From Phoronis australis (taxonomy: Eukaryota; Animalia; Phoronida): DNA of 64,000 nucleotides. Positions 41,201-53,431 of the stretch are shown here, in pieces. The translations under genes and the position numbers were made by a program. The stretch covers positions 458,150 through 522,149 of the forward strand of contig NMRA01000073.1 of assembly GCA_002633005.1 (NCBI GenBank), written 5' to 3'. Each line of letters starts with the position of its first letter. The stretch's first letter is position 1. Below the pieces are notes generated by a model. The model had not been told where the DNA came from, did not search any database, and saw only the letters and a list, made by a program, of their open reading frames with translations.

Positions 41201-44200
41201 CACCCAGGGAGAGCAGCTTATTGTTGAAACTAAAATACCAGTGACCAAAACAATAATGTTAGCAATATGAAGTCTAACATATGATGACAATACGGATCCA
41301 ACAGTGGATTTCTGTTTTTGGCTAGAATTGGAATACTTGCATAAGATGTACAGATAATAGACTAAATCGCACCAGGGTGAAAACAAGGCCTCCAAAAATG
41401 ACTCAAACATGACCCGTAGGTCCCCAAAACTGGCAGAGGCTCTATAGTCATTTTTTTTCTAAAGTTACCCCTGGACGGTATAAATTGGTGGTGGGGATTA
41501 GGTCAAAAACGGAAATTTAAAAGTGAAAAATTGGACAGTTTGCAAGACAATGTTTTAGTTCCAACATCAACGTTAATTTATAAATATACAGTAGTTCAGA
41601 GGAATTATAACTAGTTAAAAACCTGAGCCACATTGGCATTTGACAATTAGATGAATAATTTTTGCAAACATATTATGGCATTAGCGTCACATCCCCACTG
41701 TTGAGCAATGCTTCATGACAGTTGACAACCAAATTTATCCAACCAATACAATTATACACAGCCTCTCTGTCATACACCAGTCAACTGCAGCTCTTCCCAA
41801 ACCCCAAGTCTCATTAATTATAAACATAGAATTGCAATAGTTGTTTTCTTGTAATCAAAATATCAGGGCACGATTTAGAATGTTCAAAGAGAACGGAGAA
41901 CAAACAGGATTGAGACCGGATGCAGTAGGCATCCGCTCTCAACATACTGCAAAACAGCTAGAGTTCCAAACCAACCATGCAACTCACCCGGTCTGTTTCA
42001 AAGCCTCCATAGCCTTACCAGCCATCCTCATCCTCGGACAAGGGTCGAAAACATCGAAAGAAATGGCGCTGCCCGAGTAAACACTGTTTTCACTCCTCCA
42101 CCAGGTGAGGCCAATAATTACTCAAGATTAATTACTACACAGGTGCTTACAATCAAATGCATTAACATCCACTTCCAACGTGTCCAAATGTTTCGAATAT
42201 ACATGAAAACTTGTACAAGCTCGGTTATCAAACATCCGGAAAGTCGTGTTACGTAAATGAAAAGCCTTTCACCTCCACTTTAGAAAAGCCAATTTTGCAA
42301 ACTGACTTTTGCTGAATCCAATCTATAGATCGTGCTATGTCTGTGAATTCCGACAAATGTCAGTTAGCAGGAAGACTCGTGTCAAGACAGTTTAACTGTA
42401 ACTGGATCAGTTGACTCATATCTTTGGTTGACTGGAACCGTTAGCCGCTGTAAGGTGAATGAAAGCTTGTATGATGTAGTACACCGATGGAATCCACCAA
42501 TTCAATAATCATTCAGACTGTGAGACTAAATGAAGCAGGTTTTGTCTAATGAAGATGGGAAGTGTGGGCTGGTGTTTACAAGTGGGGGATTCCACAGCAG
42601 GTCAGTTGGCAAATAAAAACTTAACTTTCAGCCATTAGATGGCACACCATCAAAGGATATTTTCACAGCAATTAAAATTCCATTGGGTCAACACCGGCAA
42701 AGCAATAGTACAAACCAAGAAGGTATATGACTGAAAAGCGTCCGGGGCAAAATCATCTTGCACTCGGTGAAAATGCAGACTGACTGCAGCTAGAATGTGA
42801 CCAACTTAAAGAAATTCCAGGGCAGCTTTCGACCAAGACAGAAATTCAAAAAGACACGTCTCCAAACATAAGACTCCAAGTATCCACTTCAAAAGACAGC
42901 AACAAACCACAGTTAACATCAATCTTATCCTTTTTCCACAAAGCACATTAATGTCCAATACACATCGTTTCAACCATACCATACCAGGTTGGTTATTAAA
43001 GATTTATGCAATGTGATCTAGGACACTTTTGAAGTTCAGTCGCAATCTGTCACAAATTCTTTACTTGTATGTAGTTTAATGGCTACTGTATTAACAAAAA
43101 ACATCCATGATCATCGATAATTAGCATGAATTGTTGTTACAAATCAAAATGATTACAATCACCATTCGTTGCCCACAAAATACAAATGATTTATTTGTCA
43201 ATGAAGTTCACATTCATTCCACTTACCCCTGCCTAAGTTGTCCATTTTATGTTTGCTCAGTATGAGAACTATAAAGTCATATTCTTAACCAACAGGCACA
43301 CACAAAAATCAACGGAATGAAAATCAAAGATCAAAGTTTACTCTTTTATATAATAAAACCAATGAAAATCAGAAAAATTAACAGTAGTGCTTTTAAGGAT
43401 TAAGAAAAACGTATATGATGGTTTCACCTTCGATCCAATATTGTTACAGGCTAGATTATGTTATATTTTAGCAGATGGGCGTTAACACATTATCCTGTAG
43501 TACAATGTTACTGTGTCCACGAAACACATCAATCAAGCTTGCAGGGTATCACAGAAGATAAATTGATCTAGGTGAAAATATAGAAGGAAGTTTTGACTTC
43601 TGGGCAGATAATGCCAGCAAAAGTCTTCATGGCATCCAAACAGACTTCAAAAGAACAGGACCTATTTTTTTAAATGTGTGTCTATGTTAGGTGTTCAACT
43701 GTGATTGGAGTGCATCGTAATTCCGGAGTCAACTCTTTTCCTTTACAGAGGTAAAAAATCGCATTGTATGATTAACCTAGTTTTCAAAAGGGACGGCTAA
43801 CATCCTTCTGAGCCAAGAAGGACAAATAGAGACTGGTCTATCACACCTCACTCTGCTTTTCAAACTTTTATGTCTGCATTGCAGCTCACTAATGTAGCAG
43901 TAAAACTTTATTGTCACAATGACAAATGGCAAAGTAATTTTAATGTGAAATAGTGGACAAGTACAGCTGCAGTAAACAACTAGGGGGCAAGTGTCTTACC
44001 AATACACGTGCAGCATTGTGGATAAATAACACAGGTGCTGCTGTAATCCTGTAAACCAGTCTTGGGAACTGACTTACACACTATGTCGACATATGCATCT
44101 CGCACCTCAACCGGTAAATGAAAGAATTAAAAACAGGTAGAGATATCATTTTGGCAGAAATGCTCGAGTGCTGAAAGACTTTTGTTCTGCAAGCTGTATG

Positions 44201-46025
44201 GTTTCTTGGTGTGTCTGCAGTAGAAGCTTTATAGAAAATCGTATCCTACCGATGGTACTGACGAATGTCTTGCAAATATTCCGTTTGCTAACTCAACCCA
44301 CAACAAAGTAAACGATTTTTGCTCCAAGAGCATCTTTATAAACATTGGTATAACGATTGAATTAGGTTTGTAAAAGATCTCTTTTCTTGTACTTGTGAGC
44401 TATTTAAGTATTATCACTGTTACTCAGGTCATAATCATATATTTAATGATGTTAAACACCATGTTTCTAACGGCCAGTGTGGATGGCAGGACAAATTGCC
44501 CCTAAACAATTCATTTTCTTGTGAGAAAGCAATGTGTAATGGCTTATAGGTGAGGAATGACCCAAACTTAAGGTGGTTGCAATTTGAACTATTAAGCAGA
44601 ATTTTGACAGCACTTTTCTAAAAATTATATATGTACCAGAAGCTGATTTAAGTTTTTATGCAAAAATACACCAAAGTCTTTACTAGTTTACAACACCTTT
44701 TTTGGGAATGTTCTACTGTAAAACATTTTTGGAACACACTTTTCTGATTCTTTTACCAATTGCAGCTGTCATATGAGGAGGGTAATCGTATATCTTTCAA
44801 AGTAATAGCTTTTGGTTTTCTCAAGTCTGGAAAAGAAGCTTCCTTGAACTTGTTAGTACTCTTAGCAAAACAATATAACAGGTATTTATAGGACTAAGTT
44901 TTCAGCAAATTTTCTATGTGTGAAGAACTTCTTGCTTGATGCTAAGAAGTGCTACCTTGTTGAGGGATATCACTTCCAAAAATCAAAAAGTGGATTTTTT
45001 AGCAAAATGGAACACAACTGCCGAGTTTCGTCATCCATAATGTATTCGAGGTGAGCTTTTCTAGTCATATTTAAATTTGGTGTGCCTGAGGATTAAATGA
45101 CTGTGAATGAGTCACTTATGTTCTTGTATTTCTATGCTTATTTAATAATAAAGGAGATAAAAATTTTTTTTGCTCCAAGGGTTTTGACTTGCTGTGTCCC
45201 ACTAAACTCTAGCATCGGTACTCCAAAAATTGCTGATCGAGGATTCTGAATGCCCACGTATTTCTTCTTCGTTCTCAATCAAATGAATTGAATTACGAAT
45301 ATTAATAAGTTTCCATTAGCTTTCATATAAGGTAATTCTTCCACTTATCTTGCGCAAAAACAATTACCACCACTGTCATGTTTCCATTTTCCAAAGGCCT
45401 TCTTGCAACAGAAACTTCCAATCAAATTTCATGACATCTAAACTATTTTCCACTTCTTTCATTTACACAGATATAATTGCCAAAATTACCACCTTTCCAA
45501 TTCAAAGGTTACTTATTAAATGCTTACAAATACTACACCAAATGTTGCCTTATGGCATCTGCACAGGACAAACTATTTTAGTTATAGATTTGCTTAATAT
45601 TTATTTTTGTGAGGAAATTTGACAGAATTTCACTTGTCCGTCATATTGTGTGCTAAACAAAGGAAAAATGTTCACACACAGCAGCACTTTTTTTTGCCCA
45701 ACACCATAAGTTCACCAATTATTGAGAAAAAATCATGGAAACTACATTGTACACAGAAAGATTCATAACTCTGCTACAGATATCAAAAGTTCCACAAGTG
45801 ATATTTACAATTTGAAAGAAGGTACACCAGAACACACTATTCACTCCCTTGAATGCTAAAAACAGCCCAGGGACTGCGTTTTATTGTGTGAATTGCTAAA
45901 TACCCACACATATTGATAGTTCAAATGAGCAAAAGACCCAGCGGGATGAGTTCAAGACAATTGATCAAGCAATAATTTGATTTCAACTGTTAATAAGGCA
46001 GTGTGACTGTGCCATCCAACGCCTA

Positions 46026-46476
46026 CAAGGAATTTCCGTAGATAAGCCCATGGGCGTGTATTCGGAAAATGAATAATTTCAGGCATTTTAGCAACACCAA
46101 ATAAACACCTGGGCGTTTATTCGGAAAAGGGTGCGTGTAATCGTGGCCATATAGTTTTGCTGACTTTGACATTTTTTTGCTTAAAACTGCGTTGTTTAAT
46201 TTTATGTTAATAAATGTATAGTCCGCAAACACCTTGTTTGTTTTTATCAATGATAAATGCTCCAAAAAACTGGATTCTGTGACAAAAAGTTGATGATGAG
46301 TGGCTTTTTAAGAGGAAAATTTCCAAATAAATGCCCCACTGTCTGAAGACTTGACACCATAAGTTTTAACACCATTTAACACCAAATATACGCCCATGGG
46401 CTTGTATTTGGCAAAATTTTCTGAATAAACACCCAGGGGTGTTTCATCCGATGGGTTTATCTACGGAAAAACCCGG
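46026..46476. mobile_element. Tc1/mariner (pogo/Tigger-like) MITE
   Basis: TA|CAAGGAATTTCCGTAGATAAGCCCATGGGCG ... ATGGGTTTATCTACGGAAAAACCCGG|TA: imperfect TIRs, TA target duplication and subterminal inverted (C)CATGGGCG/CCTGGGCG repeats. Confidence 0.7.
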
Positions 46477-47599
46477 TACCCTCAATTTTATGCAGATTCC
46501 AAACAATAACTAACTACAACTCCTAAACTGTGATCAAGAAGTAATGCAGAGATGCATGACAATAAGACAACATGCCGGGATATAATGCTTTCTAGCGCTT
46601 TCTTGGCGTAACTCTCATTATTGTACATTGTAATAAACGTCAAAACAAAAAATAGGTTCAAAGGCTTCTGACATAACATTGAATTCGTGAACGTCCATGA
46701 CTTTTCATAACAGTGTCTGATGGTAACAATGGTAACAGAACTCAAAAATAAAAAGGCATTTATTTAGTGCTACTGTGCCCTAAAGTAGTGATATTTTGCT
46801 ATAATTGTTAAAAATTCATCAATGTTATCACTGTGAATGTCATGTTGTACACAAAGTTGGGCAACTCTACCCAGAGTATCGTTTCATATTTTATGTAATG
46901 CAAGAGCCAAAGCAAACATACAATCCATCAAAGCTGAACAGAGGTGTCCTGATCTTGACAAGACAAATCAGTCACTGCATTGGACTTGATCAAGTAACAG
47001 TGACTGAGGCCAGCACAACTGACAGAGTTTCAGATTTGAGTGTCTCTTGATCAAGCACGTTCTGCACTGATTCAGCGCACAATATGACTAATTTGTCAAT
47101 TTCTCCATGAAAATGGAGATTAAAAAACATCCAGTCCATATTATAACTAACAGGGTTTGTGCTGTGTAGCTTTTACAAAACAACAACTGGTTAATTCCCT
47201 TCATTTCCAACAAGGTTATCAGACTTTGAAAAATAAAAATTGGCATTATTTTTGTGCGAAATAACTAAATAAATACCCGTTCTTAAAATGACAACAAACA
47301 AGAACATTAAAGTCATAAGCCTACCAAAAACCAAATCTTGTACAAGAGCACTAACAAGTAAAAAAAAAAACAATGTTTTACGCCATTCGTCATTTTCCTG
47401 CATTTAACATTACAGGCTTGACTCAGATGGCAGTGAGTAGCCATTTATTTCGTTTATTTTAAAAACACCCTAAAGCAACAGATATAGCAAAATCGCAAAC
47501 ACAACAGCAGTAGGGAACAAGTTGCTCTATGTTCCTCAAAAACTGGTAACTTTTTCAAGCTTCTGTAGGACTGATCCAAAAACTATGGGTCACATAGGC

Positions 47600-48090
47600 T
47601 TAATTTTGGTCAACTTCGGATCATCCTATCTCAAAAATGGCTGATCGGATTCACAAGAAACTTTCGGATACTATGCTTTATACACTGTTCTTCAGAACGC
47701 TGTTAGGACTTGTTTTTAAAATGTTTCACATTTTCATAACATGACATCAAAACATAGGACTTATATTTTTATGAAGAAAAATTGAAGTTGCAAAGTGGAA
47801 CGGAAACGAAACCATAATTTACAAACGTTTTGAAGACTTTAACAGGGTAATTTATATCATAAGAAATTTGGTCGTGTTATGGATCCTGTTGTTTTGCCAC
47901 GAATGCGCCTTTATGTTTTGCAAAATTTTTATGAAAAACAATGTCACATGACTTAATTAGTGGAAAATTGGGATAAAGTCAAAAATCAAATACCACGAAA
48001 TTTTTGCTTTCCGACAATGTGCACTTTTGCCGAGATAAATTTTAAACTTTTGTACCGACTTGTCAGTAAGGACCTATATTTAACCTTAGA
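47600..48090 (+). repeat. Copy of the same dispersed family as 1900-2133 and 53052-53400
   Basis: Contains ATCTCAAAAATGG...GAAACTTTCGGATACTATGCTTTATACACTGTT...GGACTTGTTTTTAAAATG. Boundaries are approximate. Confidence 0.55.
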
Positions 48091-50796
48091 ATTCCTCCTA
48101 CTACTGGAAAGATAACTGATGTAATGTTCAGCAATAAGTTTGGCAAAGCTTTGAAATGGAGAAAAGTTAAATTGAAATCTTGTATTGACACAATATGTTT
48201 AAAAAATCTTCCGCCGGTCATATGACTAGTTTGACAACAGGTCAGGATTGCCATTAAAATAACTACATGCATTTCAGGAAGAACAGGTGTGAAATGATTT
48301 TGCACCATTAATTTCGCCAAAAAACATTATCTCAGTTTTACCCATTTTCCCCGCACAGAATATCACATTATAAGCCTTCCATATTACTCAGTGTTAGTAG
48401 CCTACACAACTAGCCAGGCATCGCCAACAAGTATAGATTTTTTTAAGGACGAACAGCAAACAAAAGAGAACAACGGAAGCTATTCACAAGAGAACTATGT
48501 TAAATCTGGGTCACTGGTCATTACAGGGTGCTTTCCGTTGAACCTACATTTAACATACAGGAATGTTTGAGTAGTCAGTCGTGATTGAAGAAGACAAAAA
48601 TTTAAGGACTATTTAGTGCTAATTCCAATTGTGTAGTTGTTTTGCATAACTGTGCAGTAAAATCCAGCATATTGACCTTAAACATAAAATCCAATATCAC
48701 TGACCTTAAACATGTTTTTCTTTTCATGTTTTAAATGTTATTAACATCTGCAAAAAGGCAGCTGCTCGACAGGGTAACGTGCTTTGTGACGTGTTTTCAA
48801 AACCAAACTGATACATACACAACAAAGACATTCTGATATCACGAAGCATAATCAAAGATAAAAGTTTGACAATATGTAAATCCTATCTAGTCCAGGTAGA
48901 TAAGGTTAATTTCATTTTAACATTTCCTAAGAGTTCACTGGCTTGAATATGTGACCTTTCCTATCTGAACTGATTGTATCTTGACAGGGGAGTGATGTGA
49001 TTATTGCTTTGTCAAGCCTTCTAGATAACACACCATGATAAAATATGTTAAGAGTACTTCCAGAACTAAACCATGTAGTGATGTAACATGTGACCACACT
49101 CCAAGTCACCCCAGAACAACTAGTCTTAGATAAACTTGCCCCAGTTCAGCCTAGTGTCCACACTACACATTCTACCCATGCGACAAATATGGCGAAAATA
49201 TGATTAGACACCCCTATTTGTGTAACTGAGCAAGCAGGCTGATGGAAATTACCTCGGTGTTTGATGGAAATTACCTCGGTCTTGTATGTAGGTTTCTGTC
49301 GTCACTATGATGTGTATTGCAGCATTTTACCCTAGAACAAGGTCTTCTACCTCCATAACATGGGGTAACTTTTCACCCGTGGGTCATGCTGCCCCAGCAC
49401 AAGCAGTGTCCATACTACTAAATCAAGCAAGAACTCGTTCGAGGAGTAATTTGTTCCTGGAGAACTTGTACTGTGAACAGCTCTATAGCCAGGAGACAGT
49501 GATTACCCATCACCCTTTACAAATATAGCATTAATTCTTCAACTTTTAGTCCAACATACAAAATACAGACCTGACAGTCTACTCAAGTCGAATAAGAAAC
49601 AATTTTTTGGAGATGATCGAAACGAACAGTTATTCATGAATAAAGAATTAAAAACAATGCACATGCATACAGTATGTTTGGTTCAAAGTAAATTTGACAC
49701 GTCACAGATGGCTGATACTTTCAATTTCCTTCTTAACAAATAATTATAAAATTCACTTTTTGAGTTTAAGTAACATCATCAAAAACATCCATTACTTAAA
49801 CTGCTTGTTGCATCCATGAGTATGACATCTCAAAGATGTTGAAAACTTCAATTTCCTACTTCACAAAAAATTCATAATAATGCTTTTTCAACTCAGAAAT
49901 GACAAAAAGCTTAAATTTCATTCTTCTTTATTTATATGCTGAAAACAACCCTAATTACTCAAATGCATAAATTATCATAATGAAGATATAAACGCAAAAA
50001 GGTGCTGAAAATGTGAATGAGGTAAATCTACAACTAGCTTTTGAAATCTAATTTGAATAGAATGTAACTTTGTCTTCTTTCCTCAAACTCCAAATCAATC
50101 TCAAATTCAGGGATCCATAGAGCTGCAATAATAGCACCCATCTTCAAAACCTTTTCACATTATTTTTGTAGACTTTCTACAAAAGCTGTGATGTTGTAAA
50201 TACAACACATTTTTAAAGGTATCAGCAAAGACAAAATCCATCAAGAGGTTATTTTACAGAAGTGAATACCTACAAGTCATGATCAATGCACATACTACGG
50301 TCAAGTCACTGAAAGCAGGATTCAAGATTTCATTGTGACTTTTTTACAAGTTAAAAACATTTAAACTACCAGTTTCACTTATGCTAAAATAGAACAGGGC
50401 CTATGTACATTTTTGCACCAAACGCATGACTTTTTCAACATGCAATGCTTCAAAATTCTTGAAAAAAAAATTTTGCACCCCTTGCTGTTCAGTTAACATA
50501 ATGAAATGTGTGGAGTGGTATGCTGTTTGCGTCTCAGACTCGAGTGGAGTTCAATGTAACAGGTAAGACTGTTAATATTCCTCGTTTCCACACCTCAACA
50601 AAAACCATAAGGGTGGAAATGACTGCTGCTAAAACTAAAAGGAAAAATGTATGATATCATGTTGATGTGCTGCACTGAGCATTTCCAGAGAAAAAATATA
50701 TACATTAGAACAACGATAATACTACGGACAATGATCAGGTTGAAAAAAATGTAAAACAGCAATGAGAGGCACTTCCAATTTAGTCGTTACACTCAC

Positions 50797-50834
50797 CTCA
50801 CTGCATAGTCTTTAGCTCTCTGTAAGTTGGTCAT
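50797..50834 (-). CDS. ena: Probable most 5' first coding exon of Ena (MTNLQRAKDYAV-S)
   Basis: accATG ACC AAC TTA CAG AGA GCT AAA GAC TAT GCA GTG AG|gtgagt. Good Kozak context, consensus donor and phase 2 (AG|C = Ser, giving ...AVSEHSIVSV). Lies next to the SRP9 promoter. Confidence 0.7.
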
Positions 50835-51493
50835 GGTTTCACAAGTCAGTGTCCAATATCTTCCTCACAGTTATCAATAGTTAAATTAACTCATTCGCAG
50901 ACAGTTTGTTGATAAAAGCTTTTACGAGGGAGTTTACCTTAGCTGCTTAGGTTGCAAACACTAGAGGTGACCTGGCAAGGTGCGAGGTTCAAAACTCAAA
51001 AAGTTAAAGGTGAACTGCCTTTTAAATTTGGATTCGTTTTCTAAATATTTTAAACACAATCCTCAGCAAAATTCACGTCAGTATAAATATGTCACGAAAT
51101 ATCGACGTGCGTCCAGCGTCCAAACAGTGTGTTAATTTGTTTATCCCAGTTGGTTTAAATATACGAATAAACAAAGCCGGTCACTGACAACTCATCTACC
51201 TTCATCGAAACGCCATTGCTGTTTGTAATATAAAATGTAATTGGGTGCATTGTAAATAAATCTTGCACATTTAAACTAAAAATAAATTAGGAGAAAAGGA
51301 ACTCTAAAATATTAAATGGTATTAACCAATGTTACATTTTCTGTTTAATGTAAGAATTATTAATATAAATATATTTTAAACAAAATGTATATTGGCTCTT
51401 TGATTGTTTCCGGTTGATGCGCTGTTCGTTTTGCCAACTGTTTTTATACTGGCTGTTATTGCTGTTTTTGTTTTTTCATTTATCTGAGTTGAC
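50835..51493. promoter_or_regulatory. Probable bidirectional promoter region shared by Ena and SRP9
   Basis: Only 659 bp separate the two divergent ATGs. Local CpG cluster at about 51070-51215, a CRE-like TCACGTCA at about 51073 and an ETS-like TTTCCGG at about 51407. Motif function is untested. Confidence 0.55.
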
Positions 51494-51565
51494 ATGACGT
51501 ACATCACTTCTTGGGAAGAATTTGCAAAAGCAGCAGAGAGGCTTTATGTTGCTGACCCAATGAAA
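51494..51565 (+). CDS. SRP9: Signal recognition particle 9 kDa protein, coding exon 1
   Basis: MTYITSWEEFAKAAERLYVADPMK|gtaagc; 72 nt, phase 0. Matches the SRP9 N-terminus (WEEF..AAE.LY..DPMK). Confidence 0.96.
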
Positions 51566-52766
51566 GTAAGCTATATATTGCTAGAATCTGGCGGACACTT
51601 TTTTCCCTGGACTTCCATAACTCACTCAGTCTCAGACACACTCACACAGTCCATGCCATGGCCCATGGCATGGGAACTTATTTGGATTTAGAACAGATAT
51701 GCTAGGCAACACGTAGCCCTAGCCTAGGCTGGCAGGCGAGAGGCTAAAACTCTCATCCTACTCTGTGTTAATTTCATCCCTGTGTATTTGAAACCGGCGA
51801 TAGCCTAAATCCTGTCATCAAAAATGCATTTTACACTTCACATTGTCATGCAAAAGGCGATTACTTTCTTCAGTGATCCTTTCTGGTTCTATGCATATCC
51901 TTGATGAACCATATCTTTGTTTGGTCACTGTTAACTATTTCACCTTGAGCGATAACCACAAACTATTTCAATTGATGTCGTGCGAGCTAGGCCACAACAA
52001 GCACGAGATGTCTCAGTGGAGTGCATGACATGGTGGCTGATGCATTGCAAAAAGGATATCCGATGGAACTTGTTATATTTTTGTCCTTTGGATGTTTTAT
52101 TCGTGAATTGGCATGATTTCGTATGACTTCCTCAAAATGGCACCAGGCAAGGCAAGTTCGAATGAACTTTGACAGATTTTCATAGATATGTTGAGTGCCA
52201 CCGTTCCTGTGCTCAAGCTGGCACTGTTCCCTCAATCTCATTCAGCTAACAATTCCATTAGTAAGCGAATGAACATGTTTCTAGATAGAAATTGCAAGAG
52301 TAATTGTTCTAATTAGAAAAATTTAGATAATCATGATTTCCTTCTACCAGGTTCTTATGTCCACTAACGAAGTTGATTTTGGGGCAGTAATAGTAACACT
52401 TTTTGTTCAATTTTTTAAGATGAAATAAACAGTTGTCTTGTGAAATTGATTTTTGACTCACACGTGGCAAACAGAAATGTGTAGAACTCTCAACCATCCG
52501 AAAATTTGTGTTCTAATTCCAGTCGTTCTAATGGCACCTACCCTATTTGTTGCCTTCATTTAAAAGAACCCTATCAAATAAACATCATTTTTGCATCTCA
52601 CACTTCCATCATTGTAGTTGTCAGTTGAATTTATAGAGGCGGGAAGGTCATTTGGAATGGGTGTGTTTATAGTGATAAAGCCACCTAAGACAACTATCAG
52701 TAGTATTGATTCTGTAGAATGAATATTTACTGCGTTTGCACTAATCCTAAATTTTTTGTATTCCAG

Positions 52767-52835
52767 TGCCGTTATGTCATCAAATATCGTCACTCAGATG
52801 GGAAACTTTGTATTAAAGTTACAGATGACCATGTG
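52767..52835 (+). CDS. SRP9: SRP9 coding exon 2
   Basis: ttccag|CRYVIKYRHSDGKLCIKVTDDHV|gtgagt; 69 nt; KYRH.DG.L..KVTDD motif. Confidence 0.96.
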
Positions 52836-53431
52836 GTGAGTAATTGGTTGACACTGTACAGTTCAGGGACAGCACTGTTACGAACTCTGCTGAATTTGCA
52901 TGGGGGGGGGGGGGGGNGGGGGGGGGGAGTTGAAGCTGGTTTCAAACCACTTTCTTTAAAAAAATAACTTTACTGTTGTAAAATAACTTCCAGTTTGTTC
53001 CTTCCTCAGATTAGAAGTGATTTCTGGGGTTGGTAAGAGATCTGTATTTTGTTAAGGTTATGAAGGACCCTTGAAAAATGTCCAAATTTGACATGCTTCG
53101 GAACATCAGATCTCTGAAATGGCACATCACATTCAACTGAAACTTTCAGGTATTGGGCTTTATGCAATGTTCTACAAAGTGCTGTTTGGAATTGTTTTTA
53201 AAGCGTACTTTTGGGCATTGTGTGCTATCAAAACAGGACTTTGTGATTTTCATGGATTAAAGCTAAAAGGTGCATGAAATAAAAATGAAGTGATAATTGA
53301 GAAAAGTGTAGCAGCGTTTTTGAGATTTCGTCTTGTAGTTAAAATCTATAGCTTTGTAGACATTTGGCTGAATACCCAGCCTGCTAAATTTGGCCCTACA
53401 TAACGTTAATGGACGAAATCACGCTCATTAT

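Noticed and set aside
20788-43240. Strong minus-strand donors near 20788, 35220 and 43227
   Set aside because: Upstream ATGs are in phase 1 or blocked by stops, so they cannot join the EVH1 exon in frame.
4520-44016. Further short phase-2-compatible ATG-to-donor segments on the minus strand: 4520-4542 (MVKETKV, gtgtat), 6896-6900 (minimal ATG AG|gtgaca), 10855-10883 (MEGESTSPE, gtaatg), 19843-19865 (MQTYVPA, gtatga), 25442-25467 (MLKWAISN, gtaagt) and 44000-44016 (MLHVY, gtaaga)
   Set aside because: Too short and without a shared motif; several such hits are expected by chance in 48 kb. Not called as features, but worth including in the junction-read test.
1060-49280. Small local tandem duplications (about 1060-1115, 21680-21750, 24013-24068 and 49240-49280)
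   Set aside because: Two to three copies of 18-28 bp, typical of replication slippage, with no functional evidence.
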